From contig JANMVQ010000124.1 in NCBI GenBank assembly GCA_031392845.1, forward strand, positions 1 to 35,014: DNA of 35,014 nucleotides. Reading direction: 5' to 3'. How positions within the stretch are numbered: the stretch's first letter is position 1; each line of letters begins with the position of its first letter. Positions 1-8,973 of the stretch are shown one piece after another. The translations under genes were made by a program, and so were the position numbers. The stretch is from Chloroflexota bacterium. GTDB taxonomy: Bacteria > Chloroflexota > Anaerolineae > J036 > Brachytrichaceae. The notes under the pieces were generated by a model. The model had not been told where the DNA came from and did no database searches. It saw only the letters and a list, made by a program, of their open reading frames with translations.

Positions 1-85
1 ACAGAGGGGAGCGCGATAGTGTGTGACAAGCACATAACAAGGGCGTAAAAATATATCCAAACACAGCACCTCCTGAGGAGAAACT

Positions 86-934
86 TTGATGAATAGTTCA
101 ACAGTTAATATTTCCGTCGCAACGCAGACCAATACCGCCCAGCAGACTTGGGATGCTATCGGTGCAGCCCGTCATCGCATTAGCGTGGTGATTCCGGCTC
201 GCAATGAGGCTAAGAATTTGCCCTACGTACTTCCACGCATCCCATTCTGGGTGCATGAGGTGATTTTGGTGGACGGCAATTCAACAGATGGCACCGCCGA
301 TGTGGCGCGTGCACTAATGCCCACGATTCGAGTGATTGGCCAAGATCGAAAAGGCTAAGGGAATGCTCTGCGCTGTGGTTTTGCGGCTTGCACTGGCGAC
401 ATTATCGTAATGCTGGATGCCGATGGTTCAACTGACCCCGCTGAAATCCCTGCTTATGTAGGCGCATTGCTAAGTGGCGCTGATTTCGCCAAAGGCACTC
501 GCTTTATGCAGGGTGGCGGCACCTCCGATATGGAGTTTCATCGTAAGGCTGGCAACTGGGGCCTGACGACACTTGTGCGCATTCTCTTTGGTGGCTACTA
601 CTCGGATTTGTGCTACGGCTACAACGCCTTTTGGGCACATGTGTTGCCTCGATTGCAACTGGATGCCGATGGCTTCGAGATCGAGACGCTCATGAATGTG
701 CGTGCCCTGCGCCAGGGTTTGCTGGTTACGGAAGTGCCCAGCTTCGAATATGACCGTATCTTTGGCACCAGCAATCTACACGCTGTGCGCGATGGCCTAC
801 GGGTATTGCGGACAATCCTTCAAGAGTGGGTGAAGCCCATACCGGCTCGTGGGGTTTCACGCCCGCAGGCACAAGTTGCCAATCAGTTGCGCTTTGACTC
901 AGCTCGCACCGGCGTCGCGATCGAGAATTCTTAA
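86..934 (+). pseudogene. GT2-family glycosyltransferase (Dpm1 / polyprenol-phosphate sugar synthase-like) interrupted by one in-frame TAA at 356-358
   Basis: ORFs 86..358 and 410..934 are in the same frame. Read across the TAA they give ...RKG*GNALRCGFAACTGDIIVMLDADGSTD..., a continuous GT2 signature with a VIPARNE N-terminus and the DADG/DxD motif. GAGGAG lies 8 nt upstream of ATG 86. Confidence 0.7.
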
Positions 935-1082
935 CGCTTCGAAGATCGTCTTTTGGCAAGCGAGTTAGTCAGTAGCAATACTGGCTAACTCGCTCAGTTC
1001 ATTTACGGCACACGTCAAAATTTGCAACAAAATTGCGAAACTGATCTGCAAAGCTCAATCACAGGATATCAAACTCAAACAT

Positions 1083-2051
1083 ATGGAAGGGGTTGCATCG
1101 GTCATCATCACAGCATTCACCGATAAGCGTTGGAGTTTATTGACGCAAGCGGTGGAATCCGTGCAAGCACAAACCGTGCCTGCACGCGAACTGATTGTAG
1201 TCATTGATCATAATCCTGCACTACTCATACGCGCCAAAAATGCTTTTGCGGGTGTGAAAATATTGAGCAATGTGCAAGAGCGTGGCCTGAGTGGCGCTCG
1301 CAATTGTGGGGTGGCCGAAGCCACAGGCAGCATCATCGCTTTTTTAGATGACGATGCGATTGCTGCACCCGACTGGCTAGCCAATTTGCTCAAGCCTTAC
1401 GAAGATGCGCAGGTCTTGGGTGTGGGTGGCTGGATTGAACCGGCCTGGGAAGCGCTGGCACCACCCTGGTTCCCCGCGGAATTTTTGTGGACGGTTGGCT
1501 GCACCTATCGCGGTATCCCGGCCATGGCCGCACCTGTGCGCAATTTGATCGGATGCAATATGTCGTTTCGCCGTGAAGCATTTGCCAATTCGATCGGTTT
1601 TCGCAGTGGGATCGGTCGGGTCGAAAGCAAGCCTCTCGGCTGCGAAGAGACTGAGTTCTGTATCAACTTGCACCAGCTTTATCCGGACAAAGTGTTGATG
1701 TATCAACCTACGGCTAAGGTCAAACATCATGTCCCCAATGCACGGGCCAACCTCACTTATTTTGTGCGCCGCTGTTTCTTTGAAGGGCAGTCCAAGGCGC
1801 TGGTCTCCCGGTTGGTGGGTGCAGCAGATGGTCTGTCGGCCGAGCGTAAGCACACCATGACTATCTTACCCAGCGGTATATGGCGCGGTTTGCGCGATGC
1901 ACTACATGGGGACTTGTCTGGGCTAGGGCGCGCATCGGCCATTGTCATTGGCCTAGTTGTCACAGCAGTCAGCTATGCTGCGTCCAGCGCATTATTAGAG
2001 ATTAATGGCTTGGGCAAGTCGGCACAATCTATTTTGTCTTATTTGGCGTAA
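1083..2051 (+). CDS. GT2-family glycosyltransferase with C-terminal membrane anchor
   Basis: The N-terminal Rossmann-like GT-A signature is VIITAF...LIVVIDHN...AFLDDDA (DxD). A hydrophobic C-terminus is present. The gene follows the first GT2. Confidence 0.8.
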   Translation: MEGVASVIITAFTDKRWSLLTQAVESVQAQTVPARELIVVIDHNPALLIRAKNAFAGVKILSNVQERGLSGARNCGVAEATGSIIAFLDDDAIAAPDWLANLLKPYEDAQVLGVGGWIEPAWEALAPPWFPAEFLWTVGCTYRGIPAMAAPVRNLIGCNMSFRREAFANSIGFRSGIGRVESKPLGCEETEFCINLHQLYPDKVLMYQPTAKVKHHVPNARANLTYFVRRCFFEGQSKALVSRLVGAADGLSAERKHTMTILPSGIWRGLRDALHGDLSGLGRASAIVIGLVVTAVSYAASSALLEINGLGKSAQSILSYLA

Positions 2052-2100
2052 CACAAGTGTTTAGCGCCTTTATCGAATCAAAATCAAGAGGAGTTCATCG

Positions 2101-3255
2101 ATGAATAACAGCGAAATCCAGGGCAACAGTGGCGCAAATACGAATAGTGGCAGTCCAGCACGCAAGTTGCGCATCTTGCATGTTACAGCCCGCTACTACC
2201 CCTTAATGGGTGGGATTGAGACCCATGTCTATGAGGTCGCACGTCGCATGGCCCGTATGGGTCACGAGGTGACGGTGATGACGACCGATCCAGGTGGCAA
2301 ATGGGCTGCGCAAGAGATGATTGACGGCGTGACCGTCCGCCGCGCACGTGCCTATCCGGAGAAAAAGGACTATTATTTCGCTCCGGATATTTACCGCTGG
2401 ATTTCACGCAATGAAGGCAATTGGGATGTGATGCATGTGCAGGGCTATCACACCTTGGTGCCGCCGCTCGCCATCACTGCTGCTCGCAAGGCTGGCATTC
2501 CCTTTACGCTCACTTTTCATAGTGGTGGTAACTCCTCGGCATTGCGCAACGCCATCCGTCACACCCAGTGGCAAATGCTGCGACCCTTTCTCAGCAAGGC
2601 CAATTTGCTGTGCGGCGTGTCGCACTTCGAGGCCAATCAGTTCCGCCAAGCATTGAACTTGCCCTTGTCGATGTTTCGGGTCATTCCAAATGGCTCGAAC
2701 CTGCCCAAACTAGATGTGCAGGTCTCGCCCAACCAGAACAAGATTATTTCGGTGGGACGCTTGGAGAAATATAAGGGCCACCAGCGCGTGATCGATGCGC
2801 TGCCATTTGTGCAAAAGCAATACCCAGACGTGCAGCTTGATATTTTGGGCGTCGGACCCTATGAGCGCGAATTGCGTGAGCGTGCCCAGTCATTGGGTCT
2901 GAATAACATCGTAGAGATCAAATCGGTCAATCCGACTGATCGAGGGGGGATGGCAGCGGCTTTGGCCAGCGCCGGCCTCATCACCTTAATGAGCGATTAC
3001 GAGGCACATCCCATTGCAGTTATGGAGGCGCTCAGTCTGCATCGACCAGTGTTGGTCACCCACACCTCAGGCTTGGGTGAGCTGGCCGATCGCGGTCTGG
3101 TGCAGTCGGTGCCGTTGAGCAGCAGCCCTGTTCAGGTGGCCGATGCCATCTGCGAGCAATTGCGCCACCCGTACATTCCGAAGAATGTCGATCTGCCGAC
3201 TTGGGATGGCTGCACCAACCAACTCGTCTCTTTGTATTCGGAAATTTCAAAATAA
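2101..3255 (+). CDS. GT4-family (GT-B fold) glycosyltransferase
   Basis: The N-terminus LRILHVTARYYPLMGGIETHV and the C-terminal EAHPIAVMEAL region are typical of GT4 retaining transferases. AGAGGAG lies upstream of the ATG. Confidence 0.85.
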   Translation: MNNSEIQGNSGANTNSGSPARKLRILHVTARYYPLMGGIETHVYEVARRMARMGHEVTVMTTDPGGKWAAQEMIDGVTVRRARAYPEKKDYYFAPDIYRWISRNEGNWDVMHVQGYHTLVPPLAITAARKAGIPFTLTFHSGGNSSALRNAIRHTQWQMLRPFLSKANLLCGVSHFEANQFRQALNLPLSMFRVIPNGSNLPKLDVQVSPNQNKIISVGRLEKYKGHQRVIDALPFVQKQYPDVQLDILGVGPYERELRERAQSLGLNNIVEIKSVNPTDRGGMAAALASAGLITLMSDYEAHPIAVMEALSLHRPVLVTHTSGLGELADRGLVQSVPLSSSPVQVADAICEQLRHPYIPKNVDLPTWDGCTNQLVSLYSEISK

Positions 3256-3297
3256 ACACGCAATTACATCAACTTCATCCAGATCATCATCAACAGC

Positions 3298-3331
3298 AAA
3301 CGCCAGGGATCGTAGAGCTCCCTGGCGTTTA
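3298..3331 (+). terminator. Candidate intrinsic terminator / attenuator between the two GT4 genes
   Basis: AAACGCCAGGGA - TCGTAGAGC - TCCCTGGCGTTT forms a 12-bp stem followed by A. The next gene starts 17 nt later. Confidence 0.35.
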
Positions 3332-3347
3332 TCAACACACAACAAAA

Positions 3348-4601
3348 ATGCGCGTATTGATGCTTACCCAGTTCTATCCGCCGATTATTGGCGGGATCGA
3401 GCGCCATGTGACTAGCCTGAGCCGGTCATTGGTCGCGCGTGGTCATGACGTCTCCGTTGCAACCACATGGCACCCGGGCATGGCCGAGAGCGAATCCGAA
3501 AATGGCGTGCAGGTGCATCGTATTAAAGGTAGCTTGCAACGGCTGATGCCGGGAGCCAAACGTGCTTTTTCGCCTTCGTTCCCAGACCCAGAATTTACCC
3601 TGGCACTAAAGCGGATTGTAGATGAAGAGAAGCCGGATATTGTGCATGCGCATAACTGGCTGGTGTATTCGTTTTTGCCGATTAAGGCGTATAGCAAGGC
3701 CAAGCTGGTGTTGACGATTCACGACCATGGTCTGCTGTGCCCCAACCAAAAGCTGATTTATCAGAATGCCCATTGCAGCGGGCCTAGCCTGAGCAAGTGC
3801 TTTAGCTGTACCCGTGAGCATTACGGGGTAAAAGGCCCAATGGTGGCGCTAACCAACGCCGCGATGCAAGTGCCATTGCGCAATGCAGTCGATATGTTTG
3901 TACCGGTCAGCCAGCAAACCGGCGAAGACAACCGCATCATGGGGGGTGATTTCCCGGTGACGGTGATCCCCAACTTTGTGCCGGATGATGTGGGCAATGT
4001 GCGCAGTGAGCCGCATATCAAAACGGTTGATTTGCCCAAGGGCGACTTCATGCTCTATGTCGGCGCCTTCGGTCATTACAAGGGTGTGGACGCGCTATTA
4101 GACGCCTACAAACTGATGAAGACCGATGTCCCGCTGGTGATTATTGGCTACAAGACGGCGGAATCGCCCTTGCAGACCCAGGAATTCCCGCCCAATGTTG
4201 TGGTGCTGTATGACTGGCCGTACGAGGCGGTGATGCAGGCCTGGCAGCGCTGCCTGTTTGGGATTGTGCCCTCGATCTGGAGCGACCCGTGCCCGACGAC
4301 CGCCATCGAAGGGATGGCGGTGAGCAAGCCGATTGTGGCGACCCGCATGGGTGGCCTGAGCGACATTGTGAATGATGGCGTGACGGGTCTGTTGGTCGAG
4401 CCGAATCAACCGGCGGCATTGGCGCAGGCGATGCATAAACTACTGGCTGATCCGACCCTGCGCACGCGCATGGGCGAAGCGGGCAAGCGCAAGGTGCGCG
4501 AGTTTCAATCTGGCCATGTGGTCAATCGGATCGAGGCGCTGTATGATCAGCTTCGACTAAAAGTAACTTCGGTCATGGCCGTCAAGGATACCCAACAATG
4601 A
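3348..4601 (+). CDS. GT4-family (GT-B fold) glycosyltransferase
   Basis: MRVLMLTQFYPPIIGGIERHV aligns with the N-terminus of the preceding GT4. A C-terminal E-x7-E-like region (GGLSDIVNDGVTGLLVEP) is present. The start was moved from ORF-track 3201 to the internal ATG at 3348 so that it does not overlap the upstream gene. Confidence 0.8.
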   Translation: MRVLMLTQFYPPIIGGIERHVTSLSRSLVARGHDVSVATTWHPGMAESESENGVQVHRIKGSLQRLMPGAKRAFSPSFPDPEFTLALKRIVDEEKPDIVHAHNWLVYSFLPIKAYSKAKLVLTIHDHGLLCPNQKLIYQNAHCSGPSLSKCFSCTREHYGVKGPMVALTNAAMQVPLRNAVDMFVPVSQQTGEDNRIMGGDFPVTVIPNFVPDDVGNVRSEPHIKTVDLPKGDFMLYVGAFGHYKGVDALLDAYKLMKTDVPLVIIGYKTAESPLQTQEFPPNVVVLYDWPYEAVMQAWQRCLFGIVPSIWSDPCPTTAIEGMAVSKPIVATRMGGLSDIVNDGVTGLLVEPNQPAALAQAMHKLLADPTLRTRMGEAGKRKVREFQSGHVVNRIEALYDQLRLKVTSVMAVKDTQQ

Positions 4602-5983
4602 TTCGTCGTAGTCCATTGCAATTACCGCACAAATTAGCCTCACAATTAAATCAACTTACAACTCCAGAATCGACGATCGGGCGCGTCATTACACATGCCC
4701 GATCGCCTATGTTTTTCACGGCGTATGCGCTTATTCTGAACCAAATGGTCAGCGCCGGGATGGGCATGTTGTATTGGTTTATCGCAGCGCGCATGTTCCC
4801 AGATGCGCTGGTCGGGCGCAACGCAGCGGTTATTTCGCAACTGGCGCTCATTTCGTTTTTGGCGCAGTTCAGTTTGCAAGCAGCCATGGTGCGGTTTGTG
4901 CCGGCGGCAGGTCGATCCACTCGGCGCTATGTGATCAATGCATATGTCATCAGTTTCATCAGCTGTGGCGTGTGCGGAGCGGCAGCCCTGTTGGTGCAGC
5001 GCTGGTTGAACCCGGTCAACCCCATTTTGAACTTCGATCTGGCCCACTCGATTTATTGGGTGCTGACTGTGGCGGTCTGGGGTATCTTTACGGTGCAAGA
5101 GGGCGTATTAATTGGCCTGCGCAAGCCGATTTGGGTGCTGATACAGTATGTGCTGTATAACGGGGCCAAGATCGGGCTATTGTTTGCGTTTGTGCAACAA
5201 TCGCAACAGACTCAGCCAGCCCAACAAGCTCAATATAGCTTGTTCATGTCATGGACGTTAGCCGTGCCGGCCTTGGTGCTGTTTATCAACTGGGTGATTT
5301 TCAAGTATTTACTGCCTGATCACATGGCAAAGACCCAGCACATGACCCCGCCAGCTGGCGCGCAGATACGAAAATTTGTAACGGGTGATTACATTGGCCT
5401 GATCTTCTCTGAGACCACTTTTCGGTTGTTGCCCACATTGGTCGTCACTGTGCTGAGCGATTCGGCCAATGCTTACTTTAACCAAAGCTGGCAGCTGTCC
5501 ATGCCGCTCTACATGATTGCGGCCAACATGGCGGCTTCATTCACAGTGAGTGCGGCGGCGGAGCAAGATAAGCTTGAGGAATTGGGCCGCCGCATGATTG
5601 CGCAGATGGCCAAGCTGATCGTGCCGTTTGCGTTGGTACTGGCGCTCGCCGTGCCGTATATTCTTGGCATCTATGGCAAAGCATATGCTGCAGAAGGCAG
5701 CATGCTCATGCGTTTGTTGCTGATCTCCGTTATACCTGCGATTATCAATACGTGGTACATCGGCTATGCGCGCGCCCAGAATCGGGTGTTATGGATGGTA
5801 CTCAATCAAGCCCTGTTATGCGTGCTGGTATTGTCGCTCAGCTATGTGTTGTTGCCGCGCTTTGGGGTGACTGGGGTGGGCGTGGCTTGGCTGATCTCTC
5901 AATCGATTGTCGCTGTTAGTGTGGCGTTGCGGGTATTTGTTGGCAAACGTAAGCTTGGGGTATCTGCACATATCCAGAATTAA
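4598..5983 (+). CDS. Polysaccharide/oligosaccharide flippase, Wzx/MOP-superfamily-like polytopic membrane protein
   Basis: 461 aa with about 12 predicted hydrophobic helices. It has the typical PST-family organisation and sits in a GT cluster. Its ATGA overlaps the stop of the upstream GT4. Confidence 0.65.
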   Translation: MIRRSPLQLPHKLASQLNQLTTPESTIGRVITHARSPMFFTAYALILNQMVSAGMGMLYWFIAARMFPDALVGRNAAVISQLALISFLAQFSLQAAMVRFVPAAGRSTRRYVINAYVISFISCGVCGAAALLVQRWLNPVNPILNFDLAHSIYWVLTVAVWGIFTVQEGVLIGLRKPIWVLIQYVLYNGAKIGLLFAFVQQSQQTQPAQQAQYSLFMSWTLAVPALVLFINWVIFKYLLPDHMAKTQHMTPPAGAQIRKFVTGDYIGLIFSETTFRLLPTLVVTVLSDSANAYFNQSWQLSMPLYMIAANMAASFTVSAAAEQDKLEELGRRMIAQMAKLIVPFALVLALAVPYILGIYGKAYAAEGSMLMRLLLISVIPAIINTWYIGYARAQNRVLWMVLNQALLCVLVLSLSYVLLPRFGVTGVGVAWLISQSIVAVSVALRVFVGKRKLGVSAHIQN

Positions 5984-6076
5984 GATTTTGCTTTTATCAT
6001 ACGCGGAGCTTATTGCGGGGAATGGGCTACACACGAATTCATCGAAGCAATTGATATCGGCAATATGACATATAAC

Positions 6077-6103
6077 TTGCATTTGCATTTGCATTTGCAT
6101 TTG
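6077..6103. repeat. Hexanucleotide tandem repeat (TTGCAT)4 followed by TTG, in the intergenic region upstream of the GT-C-like membrane protein gene
   Basis: TTGCATTTGCATTTGCATTTGCATTTG lies 66 nt upstream of ATG 6169. Confidence 0.9.
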
Positions 6104-6168
6104 TAATTGAAGCAAATCAATACGGTCATAGGTGGCCCTAATGCATCATTCAACCTGAGTCGGATACT

Positions 6169-8094
6169 ATGGTCTCATCAACCCCTTACAAACTAGCCAT
6201 ACGGCGCGAACAGCCGATCGATAGCACATGGGACTGGGCTCCCGTTTCTAGCCTGCTGACACTCATTGCATCAGCGGGCATTTTGCTGCTTTCTTTATCC
6301 TATTCGGCGGGTCGCATAGACTCATCGTGGTCCGACACGGTGTTTTGGGCAGGCCTAGTGACCCTGATTGCCCCATTGGCATTCCGACTGATGGCCAGTC
6401 ATATGAGCCGTCAAGAAGGTGCGGCCATCGTGCTGATTGCCGCGCTTGGGTTCTATTTGGTCTCATACTTGCGCAGCCCATTGGCCGTGGTGCAATTCGA
6501 CGAATTTTTGCACTGGCGCACTGCCAACGATATGCTGCGTAGCGGTCGCTTGTTTGAACCGAATCCGATATTGCCGATTTCGCCTTTGTATCCAGGTCTG
6601 GAGATTGCCACCACAGCCTTGGTGAATCTGACCGGTTTGGATATTTTTCATGCTGGGGTGTTGTTGGTGGGCGCGGCACGGGTGTTGCTGGCATTGGGGT
6701 TGTTTAATCTGTTAATGCATATCACGCATTCGGCCAAAGTGTCGGTGGCGGCGGCGTTGCTCTACATGGGCAACACCACATTTATGTATTTCGATGCTCA
6801 GTTTGGCTATGAGTCGCTGGCGCTGCCGGTGGCGATTTTTGTGGCGTGTGCGCTTGTCAATCGTGATGTGGCTCAAGATCCAAGCGTACGTACTGGTTGG
6901 ATTGTTGCAGCCGTTTTTGGCATGCTGGTAGTGGCGATCACCCATCATGTCACCTCGTTTTTGCTGATGCTGTTTTTGGTGGGCTGGAAATTAACTGGCC
7001 TGTTTCTGGTACGCGGCAAAGGGCGCAGGCTGGACATTCCGTGGATTGTCATTGGCTTGGCAATCATTGCCAATGTAGTCTGGATTTCGTTGATCTGGCA
7101 TGAGTTGTACGATTATTTCTTTGGCATTTTTGGCTCGGCCTACGAGCAGGTGCAAAAGATGGTGTCTAGTAGTGGCACAGGCGGACGGCGTGAGTTGTTC
7201 AAAGCGGCCGCTACCGGTGGTCGGACTGCCTCTATCCTTGAGCGTTTGGTGGGGTTGGGATCGGTAGGGCTGCTCATGTTGGGGTTACCGATTGGCTTAT
7301 GGGCCTATTGGCAGCGTTATCGCCGCAACGTGCTGGTGACGCTATTTGCGCTGGTGGCGCTGGGCTACCCGGTGACACTGGCGATGCGCTTTGGCGGTGA
7401 GAGCGCTTGGCAGATTGCCAATCGCTCCTCAGGCTTTTTGTACATCGCGCTGGGTTGTGTGGTTGGGCTGGGCCTGGTCGAGGCCACCCCGCCGCGTTGG
7501 TTGCGGGTGCCAAGCTGGCTACGATTGGATCGCATGATGTTGTCCGGCGCGCTTATCGTTGTTGTAGTGTTGGGCGGCATCATTGCGGGTTCATCACCCA
7601 CCACGCGCATTCCTGGCCCATATTTAGTGGCAGCTGAGGAACGCTCGTACGAATCGCAGGGCCGTTTCGCGGCTCTGTGGGCACGCGATTATCTCGGCCC
7701 GGGCAACCTGATGATTGCCGATCGTACTAATAGTCAGTTGATGCTGTCTTATGGTGAACAATATGTGCTGACCGAGAAACAAGGCGTGATCAAGTCTGGA
7801 ATTTTCTTGTCCAAGAAGCTGGAAGGTGAGAATCTACAATTGTTTGAAAATGGCGTGGTGCGCTATGTAGTTGTGGACCGGCGCATTGAAGGCAGCACCA
7901 CCCCGGTCTCCGGATACTTTTTTGAGCCATGGGAGCGACTCGTGGTCCCAGACGCCTATAGCGATAGCAGCAGCATTGATCCGCAATCACTAGACAAGTT
8001 CATCGATACCCCAGGCATTGGCCGTATTTTTGATGGTGGTGATTTGCAAATCTATGACGGTGGAGGGTTAGCCAATGCGCCAAAGCCACAGTGA
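6169..8094 (+). CDS. Large polytopic membrane protein, candidate GT-C-fold glycosyltransferase (polyprenol-phosphate-sugar dependent) or polymerase
   Basis: 641 aa. About 11-13 TM helices are followed by a ~190-aa soluble C-terminal domain. The loop after TM3 contains VVQFDEFLHW, which resembles the DE motif of the first extracytoplasmic loop of PMT/ArnT-type GT-C enzymes. The gene is co-clustered with a Dpm1-like GT2 and a flippase. Confidence 0.45.
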   Translation: MVSSTPYKLAIRREQPIDSTWDWAPVSSLLTLIASAGILLLSLSYSAGRIDSSWSDTVFWAGLVTLIAPLAFRLMASHMSRQEGAAIVLIAALGFYLVSYLRSPLAVVQFDEFLHWRTANDMLRSGRLFEPNPILPISPLYPGLEIATTALVNLTGLDIFHAGVLLVGAARVLLALGLFNLLMHITHSAKVSVAAALLYMGNTTFMYFDAQFGYESLALPVAIFVACALVNRDVAQDPSVRTGWIVAAVFGMLVVAITHHVTSFLLMLFLVGWKLTGLFLVRGKGRRLDIPWIVIGLAIIANVVWISLIWHELYDYFFGIFGSAYEQVQKMVSSSGTGGRRELFKAAATGGRTASILERLVGLGSVGLLMLGLPIGLWAYWQRYRRNVLVTLFALVALGYPVTLAMRFGGESAWQIANRSSGFLYIALGCVVGLGLVEATPPRWLRVPSWLRLDRMMLSGALIVVVVLGGIIAGSSPTTRIPGPYLVAAEERSYESQGRFAALWARDYLGPGNLMIADRTNSQLMLSYGEQYVLTEKQGVIKSGIFLSKKLEGENLQLFENGVVRYVVVDRRIEGSTTPVSGYFFEPWERLVVPDAYSDSSSIDPQSLDKFIDTPGIGRIFDGGDLQIYDGGGLANAPKPQ

Positions 8095-8878
8095 TTTGGT
8101 ATGGGTCGCAGTGCTGGCGTTGGCGGGCCTGCTGGTTAATATTATTGGCAATGTCATGTGGGGGCTGGCTGATTCACCATTGCGAGTCGCATTGGGAATT
8201 GCGCTAGCGCTGTTTCTGCCGGGCTATGCCATGTCGCAGGCGCTGTTTCCTGCCCGCCGTCTGGCCTTGTCGGAGACAGTCCTGCTCAGCGTAGGGTTGA
8301 GCTTTGCGATTAGTATTTTGGGCGGATTGATCCTAAACCTAACGCCGCTAGGGATGAACACCAATTCCTGGGCGATTTTGTTGGGTGGGACGACGTTGGT
8401 AGCCTGCTTAGCCGCCAGTTATGCCCGTGGTCAATTGTCAGAAGATTGGATTGCGTATGAGAATGCCGGAAAACCCGCTCCAGCCCTTCGTTTATTAGCT
8501 AGACAGTGGCCGGTGCTGTTATCGGCGTTGGCCCTGACGGTGGCGGCGGTGGTTTTTGCGCGCAGTGAGGCCAACAACGACCCAGTGCCGATTGTGCAAC
8601 TGTGGATGTTGCGTGACACCACTGCAAAGACACCCACGATCCGGATTGGCATTAACAATGCAAATTCGCAAAGCACGGGGTATAAGTTGCGTTTGCAGTT
8701 GAAGTCAGGCAAGGTGTTACAGGATTGGCCCACGATCACCGTGCCGCCGGCCACTGGCTGGGAGACTCATCTGGAATTGGGCAAGCAAGCACCCACGGAT
8801 GAGCCGTTGGAAGCATTATTGTATCGATTGGACACCCCTAACGATGTGCTGCGACGCACGACCATTTGGGTGAAGTAG
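8075..8878 (+). CDS. Hypothetical integral membrane protein (4-5 TM N-terminal half plus soluble C-terminal half)
   Basis: The ORF overlaps the end of the upstream gene by 20 nt. The N-terminal half is hydrophobic and the C-terminal part is hydrophilic. No family could be assigned with confidence. Confidence 0.5.
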   Translation: MRQSHSDLVWVAVLALAGLLVNIIGNVMWGLADSPLRVALGIALALFLPGYAMSQALFPARRLALSETVLLSVGLSFAISILGGLILNLTPLGMNTNSWAILLGGTTLVACLAASYARGQLSEDWIAYENAGKPAPALRLLARQWPVLLSALALTVAAVVFARSEANNDPVPIVQLWMLRDTTAKTPTIRIGINNANSQSTGYKLRLQLKSGKVLQDWPTITVPPATGWETHLELGKQAPTDEPLEALLYRLDTPNDVLRRTTIWVK

Positions 8879-8922
8879 CTCTCAGCCTCTAGCAGTCAGC
8901 TCTTAGCAATTCGTTGAAAGTA

Positions 8923-8965
8923 CATGACTCGTGGCTCATGACTCACGAGTCATGAGTCAAGACTC
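8923..8965. repeat. Palindromic element: 11-bp inverted repeat CATGACTCGTG/CACGAGTCATG enclosing the 20-bp palindrome TCATGACTCACGAGTCATGA, followed by GAGTCAAGACTC
   Basis: Read directly from the sequence. It lies 9-50 nt upstream of the start of the 1353-aa secreted protein gene. Confidence 0.8.
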
Positions 8966-8973
8966 CTGAAACT

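Noticed and set aside
958-991. 13-bp imperfect inverted repeat GCGAGTTAGTCAG...CTGGCTAACTCGC after the GT2 pseudogene
   Set aside because: It is a possible terminator-like hairpin, but no T-tract follows and there is one mismatch. It is too weak to call.
3201-3347. Upstream extension of the second GT4 ORF
   Set aside because: It overlaps the 3' end of the first GT4 gene and the intervening hairpin. The homologous GT4 N-terminus begins at the ATG at 3348.
4646-5160. Several 90-150-aa ORFs on both strands
   Set aside because: They are embedded within the flippase gene. Their composition is Arg/Cys-rich antisense artefact.
5816-6115. ORF on the minus strand containing MQMQMQMQ
   Set aside because: Its repetitive translation comes from the (TTGCAT)4 intergenic repeat. 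It has no RBS or homology and is probably a spurious ORF.
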